A stretch of 64,000 nucleotides of DNA from Waterburya sp. (lineage in GTDB: Bacteria; Cyanobacteriota; Cyanobacteriia; Cyanobacteriales; Xenococcaceae): NCBI GenBank assembly GCA_965217895.1, contig CBDCJV010000002.1, positions 3,424,001 to 3,488,000 of the forward strand, written 5' to 3'. A program made the translations under genes and the position numbers. Under the pieces are notes generated by a model that worked only from the letters and a program-made list of their open reading frames with translations, did not search any database and was not told the DNA's origin. Shown in pieces: positions 41,133 to 51,471 of the stretch; within the stretch, counting starts at the first letter, position 1; every line of letters starts with the position of its first letter.

Positions 41133-41654
41133 ATGAAAAATTTAAATATTTGGGCAAAGTTAGTAGCCTTTCCAACATTAGCTATAGCAGCAGTAATTTC
41201 ATTTGCGGGGCGAGGAGAAACAGCCAACACGTTAAAAGTAAGTTGCGATCGCCAAACTTCTACTCCTACAGTAGTTGCCACATTCTCTAACCAAGCTCGT
41301 TCTCAAGTCACACCGATATTATCTTTTTTACCGCAATATTTTTCACCTCAAGAAGCTTCGCTAAATTGTAATAGTACTGCTCAAAAGTTAGATGCTATTT
41401 ACAGTCAGGGTAAAATGAACTATTTAGCCAGCGATACCATTAATAAACAGCCAGTAGTCTGTGCAGTTTCTAGAAGAGGTTTAAGATGTGATAGCTACAG
41501 TAGCCAAATTCTATTTTCCCTCAGCAAGCCTGTCAGTCCTACAGAGCTTTTGTACGATATGCTGGGAAAAGATTTTAAAGGTTCACAAGTCCCTTCTTCT
41601 CGAACAGTTAGCCGTATCTATACCGATTTAAGGCAGAGTTGGTGGCCTTTTTAA
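41133..41654 (+). CDS. COP23-like secreted protein
   Basis: Signal peptide and the Cys pattern C...PT...FSPQ...C...NKQPVVC. Confidence 0.7.
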   Translation: MKNLNIWAKLVAFPTLAIAAVISFAGRGETANTLKVSCDRQTSTPTVVATFSNQARSQVTPILSFLPQYFSPQEASLNCNSTAQKLDAIYSQGKMNYLASDTINKQPVVCAVSRRGLRCDSYSSQILFSLSKPVSPTELLYDMLGKDFKGSQVPSSRTVSRIYTDLRQSWWPF

Positions 41655-41661
41655 TAAATGA

Positions 41662-43560
41662 TTAATTACACTGCCGTTGGGCTATTTTAGCTGCCTCATA
41701 GCTAGGTTGAAGTTTTATAGCTTGGTCAAAAGCAGCAACTCCAGCAGCCTCTTGCTCGGAAGCGCACAAGGTTTTACCCAGATAAAACCAAGCTTGAGCT
41801 TTATTGCTATCTTCTAATTGGCTATTGTTTAGAATAGCTCTAAATTCATTTTGAGCTTGTTGAAACTGTTGTGCTTGATTGAGGGAAATTCCTTTGCCTA
41901 GACGAGCAGGAAAATAATCTGAGGAATATTGTAGAGCGCGATTGTAGCTCTCGAAAGCTTTCTGATACTGTTTTTTTTGTCGATAGCCATTACCCAAAAA
42001 AGTTAACGCTACAGCAAATTCGCTACTTACAGCTTCTTTGCCTTCAACTGATTCTTTTTCTTCTAAAACTTGAATTGCCTTTTTGGTCACCGCCAGGGAT
42101 TCTGCTTGTTTTCCCATGGCTTTGAGAGATTCGCTTTTGTTGATTAGCAAGATAGGATCGCTAGGTGATAAAGCGATCGCCTTATTAAAAGCTACTATTG
42201 CTTCTTGCGGTCTTTTAAGATTATGTAGTGCTTCTCCTAAGCAATTCCAAGCATATACAGCCGTCGGCTTGATTATAGTTGCAGTAGAACAAGATTTCTG
42301 CATTTCTTCGTATTGCTGCATCCCTGCCAAAGCATAACCTCGATTAGTCCAAGCTTGAAAATAATTACTGTCAGTCTTGAGCAGTTCATTGTACTTTTCT
42401 AACGCTTGTTCAAAGGATTTTTGCTGTAGTAAAGCATTGCCTTGATCGAACGCCGATCTAACCGTCATACGCCTAAACATATTGTTTAAAAACACAGACA
42501 ATAGAGCAATAAAAGCTAATAAAAGCAACATATTTCTAGTTTTGGCTAATCTATTTTGCTTTTGAGCAGGTTCAGGTGACGCCACTACTAAGACTTCAGG
42601 AACAATGGTAAATGCAGATGTGTCTTGCTTGTCTAAGCTGTTTAATTTTTTTTCTATCCAAACCAGACTAAACAAAGATTGATAAATTGGGTTGGCTACG
42701 GCTAGTTTGTCTTGCTGCTTAATTACTAAACCAGTTTTTAATAGCTCTTGCTGTTCCTTACTTTCATCAGTAAATACTTTGTCTTTTAATACTTGTTGAT
42801 AAAGTCGCAGCAGACTTTTTGGCTCACACTGTTGATTATGAAGTAAGCGTTTTCTGATAGTTTCAAAATGATTAATGAGATTTTTATCTTGCAAATTATT
42901 TAATACTTTATCTTTAATTAAATAATCAATCTGCTCTTTTTCTTTGCCCTTAATAATATTTTCTTGAGATATAAATTCAAATAACCTTTGAGTTAGAGGA
43001 GAATGTCCTCCAGTCCATAAAAGTACCGCGTCTAAAGCTTTTTCTGAATAAACATCTTGATTTTCTAAATTGAGCAATCTCAGCTTAATTTTTAGAAATT
43101 CTTGGTGAACTTTTTGCGAAGAATCTAAAGAGTTAGCAAAGACTGACTGCTTAGTTGGTAAGCTAGATTTAGACTGAGAAGTAAGGTATTTTACAAAAAA
43201 ATTGACCGTTGCGGGTTTTAGCCAGCCTTTAGCGATCGCCATCTCGCCAAACTTTAGTTTAGTTTGCTGTTGCTCCTTTAAGATTTCTTGAATTTGCTGT
43301 TCGTTTAACAGCGCAGCTTGCTTTAAATATTGACCTATAGGTTGCTTTGCTTTATCTTTAGTCACAGTTGACCAGCGTTCTGCAAAAAAATCTGCCGTTT
43401 TTGGGTCAATACGTCCCTGAGAAGCCAAAATTTCGCCGATTCTTAAGTTGTTGCCAGTTTGCTTTTGTTGAATGAGAGCTGTTTTGACTTGATCATCAGA
43501 TACTAGACCAGCCTGCTGTAAAACTGCACCTAAGAGTACTTTATCTTTTGAGTGGGACAC
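41662..43560 (-). CDS. TPR-repeat membrane protein with N-terminal GSPII/MshEN-like repeats
   Basis: LGAVLQQAGLVS..Q...AL..Q and IGQYLKQAALL, WTGG.....TQRL, one TM, C-terminal TPRs. Confidence 0.8.
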   Translation of the reverse strand: MSHSKDKVLLGAVLQQAGLVSDDQVKTALIQQKQTGNNLRIGEILASQGRIDPKTADFFAERWSTVTKDKAKQPIGQYLKQAALLNEQQIQEILKEQQQTKLKFGEMAIAKGWLKPATVNFFVKYLTSQSKSSLPTKQSVFANSLDSSQKVHQEFLKIKLRLLNLENQDVYSEKALDAVLLWTGGHSPLTQRLFEFISQENIIKGKEKEQIDYLIKDKVLNNLQDKNLINHFETIRKRLLHNQQCEPKSLLRLYQQVLKDKVFTDESKEQQELLKTGLVIKQQDKLAVANPIYQSLFSLVWIEKKLNSLDKQDTSAFTIVPEVLVVASPEPAQKQNRLAKTRNMLLLLAFIALLSVFLNNMFRRMTVRSAFDQGNALLQQKSFEQALEKYNELLKTDSNYFQAWTNRGYALAGMQQYEEMQKSCSTATIIKPTAVYAWNCLGEALHNLKRPQEAIVAFNKAIALSPSDPILLINKSESLKAMGKQAESLAVTKKAIQVLEEKESVEGKEAVSSEFAVALTFLGNGYRQKKQYQKAFESYNRALQYSSDYFPARLGKGISLNQAQQFQQAQNEFRAILNNSQLEDSNKAQAWFYLGKTLCASEQEAAGVAAFDQAIKLQPSYEAAKIAQRQCN

Positions 43561-44076
43561 AATATTTTACATGAATATTAAAGATAATATTATATATACT
43601 TAATGATTTTTAGATACTATCCGATTAATCTTTTTTCTAACAGGAAATTACAATATTGATAATTAATTAACTTTAATAGTAAATTGACTATCAGAATTAG
43701 CACTGGCAGTTACTATTTCTCATAAAATACATTCAAATTATTACTTTTTCTGCCAAGATTTTTCCATATAACTTAAAGTTATATATTTGTAATTTCAAAG
43801 AAATATACAGTTAATAACTAATAACAGTTTCTTGTTTTACTACAAAATGTTCTTACTAGCAACTTAATGTAAAGCTATGTTACCAAGATGTCCTTTCTAT
43901 TGAAGATAAATTACCATGACTCAGATGTGTCTTAAATTTTGATAGCGGTGAGCATTATAAAATAACAAGTTTTCTCTTTTAAGCTCATTTTTTATGCTTG
44001 ATATTTCTATTTAATATGCTACTATATATTTTGTGGCAATTTAAGAAGTGTCTTCTGAATTCTCGAAACATTTTGT

Positions 44077-44150
44077 GGGACTGTAGTTCAGCTGGTTAGA
44101 ATGCCTGCCTGTCACGCAGGAGGTCGCGGGTTCGAGTCCCGTCAGTCCCG
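44077..44150 (+). tRNA. trnD: tRNA-Asp (GTC)
   Basis: Cloverleaf with GGGACTG/CAGTCCC acceptor stem, CCTGC-CT GTC AC-GCAGG anticodon arm and GGTTCGAGTCC T-arm. Confidence 0.97.
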
Positions 44151-44317
44151 TTCGTGCTAAATGCACTCACCTTATAGACTTCCCACCTTAACCTCCTGCG
44201 TAACAAGCAGGCATTTACTCAAAACTTACTCAAAAATGAATATAGCAGTAGGACGAGGACGAGTGCAACGAGTACTTATGTACCCCAATTTATCGAGCGG
44301 TTAGATAAGCACAAAAA

Positions 44318-44352
44318 AATGACGGGTTGCAAAATATCACAACTCCGTCATT
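44318..44352. terminator. Hairpin near the left end of the element
   Basis: AATGACGG-GTTG-loop-CAAC-TCCGTCATT. The A-run on its left gives a U-tail for minus-strand transcripts. Confidence 0.55.
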
Positions 44353-44475
44353 ATGTCAAATCTAGTATCTGAAATTTATCCTAACCTCTACTCGCACGAG
44401 AATGAGATTTAAGCTTAATGCACATCCTGTTAGGGAAGTAGTGGATTATTTCTATTTTCCCTTACCTCTATTAGT

Positions 44476-44739
44476 CTATTTTCGATCGTTTTCTAGCTTA
44501 TCTAGAATCTTATCCACCATCTTTTCTAGATAAATCAACCTTTCTTTTGACTCTTTAAAATCAAGATTATTTGATTTGTTTTCTAAGTGCTTTTTCTCCT
44601 GGTAGTCAAACCATTCTTCTATTATCAAATCTAGTGCCCTTGCATTACCTATTTTTTTGTCTATAGAAACGCCGTTTATTATTGCTCGAGCTTCTTCTGA
44701 CATCATAAATGTTCTAGGCTCAAAATTTTTCATACCCAT
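44476..44739 (-). CDS. Small putative DNA-binding protein (RHH-like), paralog of 44887
   Basis: GGAGG RBS; ARALDLIIEEW resembles SRALDVIVREW in the neighbour. Confidence 0.6.
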   Translation of the reverse strand: MGMKNFEPRTFMMSEEARAIINGVSIDKKIGNARALDLIIEEWFDYQEKKHLENKSNNLDFKESKERLIYLEKMVDKILDKLENDRK

Positions 44740-44886
44740 AAAATTCCTCCAATACGTACAATTTATTTAACTTACTTAAAATCACTCAATCTGCTCTGAT
44801 TTTTTGCTATAAGCGTTGGTTTGACGGTATCTCAAAGCCAAAAAAGTTAGTTAGTTGAGTTAGAACCAAACAATGTACAATAGAGG

Positions 44887-45195
44887 CTATATAGCCTCTT
44901 CCTCCTTAGTCTCCCAGACATTAGTGTTGATTTCTGACCTTAGATCTGAGATCTCGTCATAAAGCTCAAAAGAGCGCCTCCAAAGAGATGATACTTTTTT
45001 GAGCAATTCCTCGTCATTGAAAGTGCGGTTTTGCTCGGCGTATTTTTGTCTCTGTTCAAACTCCCTCCACTCACGTACGATTACATCTAAAGCTCTACTA
45101 TCGTTGTCCTTTTCTTCAATGGACTTTATTTTTATTGCTTCTATTGTTTCGATATCCAGCGAAAACCCTTTGTGTAGCCTATTTCTTTTTCTCAT
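44887..45195 (-). CDS. Small putative DNA-binding protein (RHH-like)
   Basis: AAGGAGG RBS; basic beta-like N-terminus followed by helices. Confidence 0.62.
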   Translation of the reverse strand: MRKRNRLHKGFSLDIETIEAIKIKSIEEKDNDSRALDVIVREWREFEQRQKYAEQNRTFNDEELLKKVSSLWRRSFELYDEISDLRSEINTNVWETKEEEAI

Positions 45196-45252
45196 GAGCC
45201 TCCTTTAGTGTTTGTATATTTCTAGAGCGTTGTACACTTCGTTGTACGTTTT

Positions 45253-45516
45253 TTACTTACGCCTACGCTTCTTACGCTTTTCCTTCTTAGTGAGTAATTT
45301 TTGAGTATCACCACCAGAATTTAAAAGACGTAGGTACGTTAACAGGTCTTCAAGCTGTTCATCGCTTAAAAGCAACCTAGAACGCTTCTCATAGCGTTTC
45401 TTGATGACAGATATGCAGGCTGTAGTAGACCAGCCTAAAATAGCTACTTCGTCATCTATCGCGTGCTTAAGTTCCCAAAAACTAACTCCGTCTAGTTTTT
45501 CTTTTTGTCTCTCCAC
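45253..45516 (-). CDS. Hypothetical protein
   Basis: LGWS...YEKRSRLLLSDEQLEDLLTYL, a pattern seen in small cyanobacterial mobile-element proteins; basic tail. Confidence 0.6.
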   Translation of the reverse strand: MERQKEKLDGVSFWELKHAIDDEVAILGWSTTACISVIKKRYEKRSRLLLSDEQLEDLLTYLRLLNSGGDTQKLLTKKEKRKKRRRK

Positions 45517-45814
45517 TTTGTATAGAGTTGATTACGCTGTGTAAATGATGCAGTTGGCATTCCCAATCTACTACTAGTTTGTGATTTATTCTTTTGTCTC
45601 CTTTGAACAAAAAATAACTATCTATTTTTTTAGCCAGCCTTACAAAATCAGTAAACTCACACATAGCACAGTACATTATGTTTTGTACTTCTAGATTTCG
45701 CCTAATTCCAGCTTCGTCTCCATCTATATATGATTCAATGAAATAGTTGGTATTGTCTATCGCTTGATTCAATGCCAGGACGACAATTTCTAGTTCCTTG
45801 TCCGTAATTCCCAT
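45482..45814 (-). CDS. Hypothetical protein
   Basis: 110 aa, AAGGGAG RBS, in an operon. Confidence 0.6.
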   Translation of the reverse strand: MGITDKELEIVVLALNQAIDNTNYFIESYIDGDEAGIRRNLEVQNIMYCAMCEFTDFVRLAKKIDSYFLFKGDKRINHKLVVDWECQLHHLHSVINSIQSGETKRKTRRS

Positions 45815-45821
45815 AATCTCC

Positions 45822-47015
45822 TTATCCTTTAGTCCATTTACCTTTTTGCAATCTCAATCCCAAATCAAGCAAACACTCTTTAGTGTCTCTTGGCTTAGGA
45901 GCTTCAAACAACCAACCTTGCTGTACCCACATATCTACTTGACCGCGTATTTGAGCTGTATAGAGTATCAGTTCCATGTTGGCGTTCAAGGCATTCTTGG
46001 TTTCAGTAGCTACAAAATCTCTAAGCAGACTACTTAACCCCGCGCTCTTTTCGGTTTCCCTTTTAAACCAAAACCAATAATCTCTCATCCTGTTAACTGC
46101 TTCCGTGTCGTCTGACCAGATACCAGTGGCAATCCCACAAGCCATCATGTCAAGGCTAATAGTTCTTTGTTGAGAACCTAGTCCTTTTACTGACTTGCTT
46201 AAAATACGCCTAGCAGTAACAAAAGTACTAGCTACGTCGATGTCCCAAAACTCATCATATAGCTTAGAGAACCCTTTCCAGCTATAAGCAGATATATCCA
46301 GTAACGCACTTTGCCAGTTATCATCGGTTATCCCTAACTCGATCTTACGATTGTCTGAAAGTTCCTCTACGCGACTACAAGGGATTACTATCAGTCGCCT
46401 CCTTAGTTCTTTAAAGCGATCGTCTAGATGCAGAGGTGAGATGCTAGAAAACACTTTAGGACAAAAGCACCTAAACTCTATATTGACTCCTGTTTCTTTA
46501 GACGAGACAACAATCTTATCTGTACTTTTGTCATACCCAAACTTAAACATATTGTACAGCTCTGGACTAGTGGTAAAGGTGTTAGCACTAACGTCATCCC
46601 AGACCATGCAGGTATTTCTTTCGACTGTCTTGTAAGGAGATTGATTTTCTCCTTCTGCTACTGGCACTTCCGCCCAGGCAGTCCTTCTTTCTTCTAAGCT
46701 GTTTCTTATGCCAGCAAAAGTATCACTACTAGAGTTAATAGGAACACCGTGTAGACAACTAGCCAGTTTAGCAAGCGTTGATTTGCCACTTCCCGATTGT
46801 CCGTTGAGGAACAAATAAGGAACAATCTTACACAAAGCAGAAGGGAGCATAAAGTAAGTAGCGATAATATCGTAAAAGTCATGAGGCAGAAATATTGTTT
46901 GCTTGAGGATGTTTAGCAAGTTTCCAGGAAGAGTCAAATTGTCACTATAAATTTCCCTCCAGGTGTCGCTTATGCCGTCCTCAGACACAAACAAGGTTGA
47001 GTAATCGTAAGCCAT
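45822..47015 (-). CDS. P-loop ATPase, probable replication helicase-like protein
   Basis: Walker A GQSGSGKST, Walker B MVWDD, FCPKVFSSI, RRR Arg-finger-like motif. Confidence 0.75.
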   Translation of the reverse strand: MAYDYSTLFVSEDGISDTWREIYSDNLTLPGNLLNILKQTIFLPHDFYDIIATYFMLPSALCKIVPYLFLNGQSGSGKSTLAKLASCLHGVPINSSSDTFAGIRNSLEERRTAWAEVPVAEGENQSPYKTVERNTCMVWDDVSANTFTTSPELYNMFKFGYDKSTDKIVVSSKETGVNIEFRCFCPKVFSSISPLHLDDRFKELRRRLIVIPCSRVEELSDNRKIELGITDDNWQSALLDISAYSWKGFSKLYDEFWDIDVASTFVTARRILSKSVKGLGSQQRTISLDMMACGIATGIWSDDTEAVNRMRDYWFWFKRETEKSAGLSSLLRDFVATETKNALNANMELILYTAQIRGQVDMWVQQGWLFEAPKPRDTKECLLDLGLRLQKGKWTKG

Positions 47016-47017
47016 AG

Positions 47018-47737
47018 TTATCTGATAATTGCCATTAACATCTCAAAGTAGATATCGGAAAAGCCTTCGCAGTCTTCGTTCTCTGTGTGAACTCGTCTTG
47101 TCAGAGTAGCCAAGGAATCTTCCTCGGTATAGCTAGTGTCTTTGATATCCGCAGTCATCTGCTTTTTAAGAAAAGCTAGTTTCTCTTCTATCGAAGCTCC
47201 TTTGCTATCCCCACCATTCTTCTTAAAACCACCGTTCGACGGTGGAGTATATTGCGGTAACTTACCGCTAAGATCGATGACCTCAGTTTTGGCGTTGGTT
47301 GCTACCAGTGCCTCCAGGCTAGCCCTGTCCATCGATGCACATATCCCGTTAGGAATAAAAGCAAGTTCTCCTTTGATACCACCAGAAGGAGGGATAAAAA
47401 AGGCTTCGTTTGTTTTGATATATTCGTACAAAGCCTTTTCAAAAACCGACGGTTGATACTTGATACCCTGCCAATTGCCGTTAGCATCTTTTTCTCTTAT
47501 TTCGTATTCTTGTCCGTAGATAGGTATGGCGCATAATCCAGGCACGAGTACTTCACTTGCTTTGAAGCTTCTGACGATGCCAGAATAACTAGTGACAAAA
47601 GCAGCGATAATGTAAGCATCATTCGTAGGGTATACTTTAGCTTCATCAAAGGTAACTTTGAAATATGTTTCTGCTTTGTCTCCTTTGAGTTTGCCATAGA
47701 GGTCGTCTTTGTAGGGGTCTAAATACTTTACTGTCAT
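47018..47737 (-). CDS. Hypothetical protein (possible ssDNA-binding/replication accessory)
   Basis: 239 aa, beta-rich N-half and Gly-rich linker; immediately upstream of the ATPase. Confidence 0.55.
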   Translation of the reverse strand: MTVKYLDPYKDDLYGKLKGDKAETYFKVTFDEAKVYPTNDAYIIAAFVTSYSGIVRSFKASEVLVPGLCAIPIYGQEYEIREKDANGNWQGIKYQPSVFEKALYEYIKTNEAFFIPPSGGIKGELAFIPNGICASMDRASLEALVATNAKTEVIDLSGKLPQYTPPSNGGFKKNGGDSKGASIEEKLAFLKKQMTADIKDTSYTEEDSLATLTRRVHTENEDCEGFSDIYFEMLMAIIR

Positions 47738-47770
47738 TACTGTTCTCGATATATGTTTGCGTTGAAATAA

Positions 47771-47992
47771 TTAGTAGATTGCCTCAGAGAGAATAGGGTA
47801 GAAAGAAGACAACTTCTTGAAATAATCTTCTTCCCCTATTTCGTGCAGCCTTTTATTTGTCACATACAACAGCTCGGCTACAAGCTGTTCTGGATTTTTG
47901 TTCTGTTCTAGTGCTAGTGTTTCAACCGCGTTTATAGCCAAGCCGATTAAAGTAACGAGTCGAACATCGTAAGGTGATTCTATTGGTGTCAT
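47771..47992 (-). CDS. Hypothetical protein
   Basis: 73 aa; ATGA overlap with the upstream nuclease gene. Confidence 0.6.
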   Translation of the reverse strand: MTPIESPYDVRLVTLIGLAINAVETLALEQNKNPEQLVAELLYVTNKRLHEIGEEDYFKKLSSFYPILSEAIY

Positions 47993-48513
47993 CGTAATAT
48001 TTTTAATTTTCCTAACTCTTTTAAGGTCAGCAGATTTTTTTTGAAGTCGGACTCAAGCAGTGTTTTAACCATCTTGTTTTCAACTGGTAGCTTTTCAGGA
48101 AAGACAATTCTAAGCCTGCGGAAAATATTAAACCGAAGTTCTTCTAAGATTCCTAAGATAAGAGCAAATTCTGTTAAGAATGCACCTTTTGCCTCTACAA
48201 AAAGCAAAGGTTTGTTAGGTTGAGAATTATCAGAAATGGCAAAATCGACTTTCCATGTTTTCCCTCTTGGATAACAATAACTAGGCTTTAGTATTGATAC
48301 TGGTAACTGTCTAATTATCCTGTTTTCGCCGTACATTCTGCATAACTCTAGATATGTTTTAAACTCATGCTGGGAATCAAACCTCCAGATATGCTCAGGG
48401 AGTTTTAGCTTGCCTTTTACTCGATATATTTCTAAATTCCTAGAGTCAAGGACAGAACAGAGTTCTGTATTCCAAAAAACAGGCACGGCTTTATATTTTG
48501 GTCTCGCTGGCAT
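47989..48513 (-). CDS. PD-(D/E)XK nuclease-family protein (DUF1064-like)
   Basis: FDSQHE, WKVDFAI, FVEAKG. Confidence 0.72.
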   Translation of the reverse strand: MPARPKYKAVPVFWNTELCSVLDSRNLEIYRVKGKLKLPEHIWRFDSQHEFKTYLELCRMYGENRIIRQLPVSILKPSYCYPRGKTWKVDFAISDNSQPNKPLLFVEAKGAFLTEFALILGILEELRFNIFRRLRIVFPEKLPVENKMVKTLLESDFKKNLLTLKELGKLKILR

Positions 48514-48824
48514 TAAGCAGATTCCTCGTAAGAGCGCCTCTTGTTGTCTAGAACCCCGTAGTAATTATCCCAAGCTTCGTCAACAAGATCTAGCACCCCT
48601 TCTTTGCCTAAAACAAAAAGTGTTTTGCAGATTCCTTTTCCTATGTAATTGATTACATATTGACGGTCGTAAATAACTTTAAACATGGTCGGTACTGGAT
48701 CGCCAATACGTCGAATACTTTTATTACACTCGTATCCAGCCTCGCTAACCATAGCGGGGTGCAAAGCTTTGATAAACTTATTACCCGTCATTTCTCGCCA
48801 GGTAATAGTCTCTATTTCAGGCAT
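48513..48824 (-). CDS. Hypothetical protein
   Basis: 103 aa; TAATG coupling to the next gene. Confidence 0.6.
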   Translation of the reverse strand: MPEIETITWREMTGNKFIKALHPAMVSEAGYECNKSIRRIGDPVPTMFKVIYDRQYVINYIGKGICKTLFVLGKEGVLDLVDEAWDNYYGVLDNKRRSYEESA

Positions 48825-49228
48825 AGTTTTCTTATTGAATTGTTAGCTAAAGCTTTAAAGGCAATCTCTCAGAGCTTTGAATCAAAGGTAAGTAGATTTG
48901 ACTTTTTAAACTTAATCTACTATCGTTTTTTTTTTGACTCGCATCAGGAAAAATACGGAAATTTTAGCTAAAAATTGGCTTATTTTTTAAATAATTAAAA
49001 ATATTGTTTTTATTGTAAATAATAATTACATAACTATTGACGTTAGTGTTTTTAAAAGCAATTATATTAATAACCCTATTCCGCTTCGCTCCAAGGGAAA
49101 TATACTAGGGGTGGGTGGGCGTAGCCACAGGGAAATAATCACTTATATAAAAACTTTACTTGTTCTCTCTTCTAAGAACATCTTCTAAAAGCGTTCAACA
49201 CATCGTTCAACGTTTTTCAGATATACAT

Positions 49229-49651
49229 CTACTCACTAGTTACCTGCTTAATAATTTTCTTAGTAGCTGATATTTCTGTTTTTATCTCTTCTGTATTTTC
49301 TACCTCTGGCAATTCCTGAATCTCTTCTATCGCTCCCTGTAATCTTCCGTACCCTTCCTGTCCTTTTAAAGACTCCTCGTAAACCTTTCTTAGCTTCTCG
49401 TAAGCCTCGTCTTTTTGCCTAATAATCTCGGCCTGACTATCTAGCTTAGCTGCTACTTCTGTAAGTTTGTTCGCACTGCTGCCAATGATTAGTTGAGTAT
49501 TCGCTACCTTTAAGCCGACTTCAGGCGCACGAGCAACTCGTATCCCCAAACAGACAATAAACACAAAAACACCCCCAGAAAGCAAATTCAAGCTTAATGG
49601 AGGCAGTCGAGTAAAACCTTTAGTAATCATTGTTTTATAAATAAATTGCAT
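49229..49651 (-). CDS. TM + coiled-coil protein, candidate lysis accessory (spanin/holin-like)
   Basis: One TM (LLSGGVFVFIVCLGI) followed by a long coiled coil; overlaps the lysozyme stop (likely start 49630). Confidence 0.55.
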   Translation of the reverse strand: MQFIYKTMITKGFTRLPPLSLNLLSGGVFVFIVCLGIRVARAPEVGLKVANTQLIIGSSANKLTEVAAKLDSQAEIIRQKDEAYEKLRKVYEESLKGQEGYGRLQGAIEEIQELPEVENTEEIKTEISATKKIIKQVTSE

Positions 49652-50253
49652 TCGTCTTTTCTGCGGTTAACCAAACCAGGCAAAAGTTTTCCTCCTGCTC
49701 TAGTCCAACGACTAAACTCATTAAACGCTCTTTGATAGTCTTTTTGATTAAGTAGTTTAAGCAAAGTAGATTCACTAAACGCATCAATACCTACGTTAAA
49801 GGTAAAGCTAACTAAGGCATCAAACTGATTCTGATTTAAAGGCACGTCTACAAGCCTGAGTACAGCTTGTTCGTAAATTCTCAAGTCCTCTATAAGAAGG
49901 TTTTCAGCTTCAAGGTGACTAATCATCTGTCCTTGCTTTACTCCCTTAGTGTGTCCATAACCAATAGTCCAGACACCAGCGGGACAAAGATAAGCATTGG
50001 TTCTTAAGCCTTCCCACTTCTTGATCAGGCTTACGCCAATCTGCGAAGTCTTATTAGGTTTAATCGTTTTTTCATCAGGCTGTGTCATCCAGCCAACATA
50101 AGGCAAAGCTCCTTTAGGTCTAGGGGGGAGGTTTAAAACTTTTCTTGCTTCGGTATCGATTAGGTAATCAACACTCAGGCATTCGTCATCAGATGTTCTA
50201 CTTGTTATCGCTGCCATCGCCCGTTCCCGCATCTCCTTGATCGACAGGTTCAT
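49627..50253 (-). CDS. Phage lysozyme (GH24 endolysin)
   Basis: WEGLRTNAYLCPAGVWTIGYGHT (E-x8-C-x5-T), QNQFDALVSFTFNVG, LPGLVNRR..E. Confidence 0.95.
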   Translation of the reverse strand: MNLSIKEMRERAMAAITSRTSDDECLSVDYLIDTEARKVLNLPPRPKGALPYVGWMTQPDEKTIKPNKTSQIGVSLIKKWEGLRTNAYLCPAGVWTIGYGHTKGVKQGQMISHLEAENLLIEDLRIYEQAVLRLVDVPLNQNQFDALVSFTFNVGIDAFSESTLLKLLNQKDYQRAFNEFSRWTRAGGKLLPGLVNRRKDECNLFIKQ

Positions 50254-50731
50254 TTATTATTACTCCTGATACTGTTATTGTTTTTTCTAGATAGATAGGT
50301 ACACAGTAAAGTGTTAACGAATTCAAGTTAGCTAATGGAGAAATTAGTACCGTATCCCCTGGAGTTAAAGTAATAAAGTTTTGGTCGATAAATTCTTTAG
50401 TAGGCAGTAGAGAGCGACAAAATACTCTCTTTTCTAGCCTCACAATTGAAAAATAACAACTTGCATAACCTGCGTTATTGGCGTCTATATCAGAAACACT
50501 AATAAAGTCATCATCAGATTCAACGTCGCTACCTGCTGCTACTACCAAGTACTCCTTGCCCAAAATATCTTTTAAGTCAAACTGGTGTTGTTTGTTTGCT
50601 TTCAAGTCATAAAACACTATCGGCGTATAGCTTTCCAACTCCTTAGCTCTGTAAACCAACCCATCTTCTTTAAATACAGCAATCGAGTCAGTGCCATTGA
50701 GAATAATATCTTTTTTAATCGAACTTTCCAT
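50198..50731 (-). CDS. Hypothetical beta-rich protein (candidate virion protein)
   Basis: 177 aa in a coupled operon upstream of the lysozyme. Confidence 0.55.
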   Translation of the reverse strand: MESSIKKDIILNGTDSIAVFKEDGLVYRAKELESYTPIVFYDLKANKQHQFDLKDILGKEYLVVAAGSDVESDDDFISVSDIDANNAGYASCYFSIVRLEKRVFCRSLLPTKEFIDQNFITLTPGDTVLISPLANLNSLTLYCVPIYLEKTITVSGVIINEPVDQGDAGTGDGSDNK

Positions 50732-51465
50732 TATAAAAACCCTAAATCTATTTGTAGTCTGCTGCCAATCACTTGTCTTAAAGCCTGTCCTTGGTCTGGT
50801 GGCAATAGCGCAGCTAATCCCTCAGCCAAGGTATATAATCCTGCGTCTGTTTGACTAATCCGAGTATTAAGCTGCGTTTCTCTAAAGTCATCAAGCTGTA
50901 TCTGGGAAGTTTCCCTCTCGCTTAGTTCCCTAAATTTATCCGTTATCAATTCCTCAATTACCGTTAGTTGTGCCTCAATCAAACCACTGGGTTGATTTGG
51001 ATCGATGCCTAGCACATTACCAATGCCGAACAAAGCATCCTCGACGAAGTTAAGCGTGTCACCTGTATATTCGTAAACCCTGATAGCCACATCTTTAAAC
51101 CAAAACGGCGGTGTATACCTAAGCCTAAACCTATCGGTACTAATGCGGTTTGTTTCGACTATCTGTAGCTTGTTAATAAACAAGCGGGTCGGAAGACTTT
51201 GAAGAACACTCGTTACGGGGCTATTACCACCAGGTACAAAATTGTAAACTTGCCTGATATCTCCTGCAAACTGCCAGCTAGGTTTGCCCGAGCCTGTTGT
51301 AGCTACGACAGCAATATAGTCAGAAAAAAGGCTAACGCCAAGGTCGATAGGAGGTATAGGGGTATGAGAATTTTCATTGATAATAGTAGCTGTTCTACTA
51401 GCATCGGCTACAATCCTCCAATCTTCAGAGTTATCAAAAAATATTAAGTCTTGTCCTGCTGGCAT
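50731..51465 (-). CDS. Hypothetical protein, beta-rich N-domain + helical C-terminus (candidate virion protein)
   Basis: 244 aa; PSWQFAG...FRLRYTPPFWFKDVAIRVYEYTG. Confidence 0.6.
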   Translation of the reverse strand: MPAGQDLIFFDNSEDWRIVADASRTATIINENSHTPIPPIDLGVSLFSDYIAVVATTGSGKPSWQFAGDIRQVYNFVPGGNSPVTSVLQSLPTRLFINKLQIVETNRISTDRFRLRYTPPFWFKDVAIRVYEYTGDTLNFVEDALFGIGNVLGIDPNQPSGLIEAQLTVIEELITDKFRELSERETSQIQLDDFRETQLNTRISQTDAGLYTLAEGLAALLPPDQGQALRQVIGSRLQIDLGFL

Positions 51466-51471
51466 AACTGG

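Noticed and set aside
45822..47015. ATPase as a terminase or FtsK/HerA/Zot packaging motor
   Set aside because: I see no terminase nuclease domain, FtsK-type Q motif or TM segment. It sits with the nuclease and putative replication genes rather than the structural operon. A profile search is needed to be sure.
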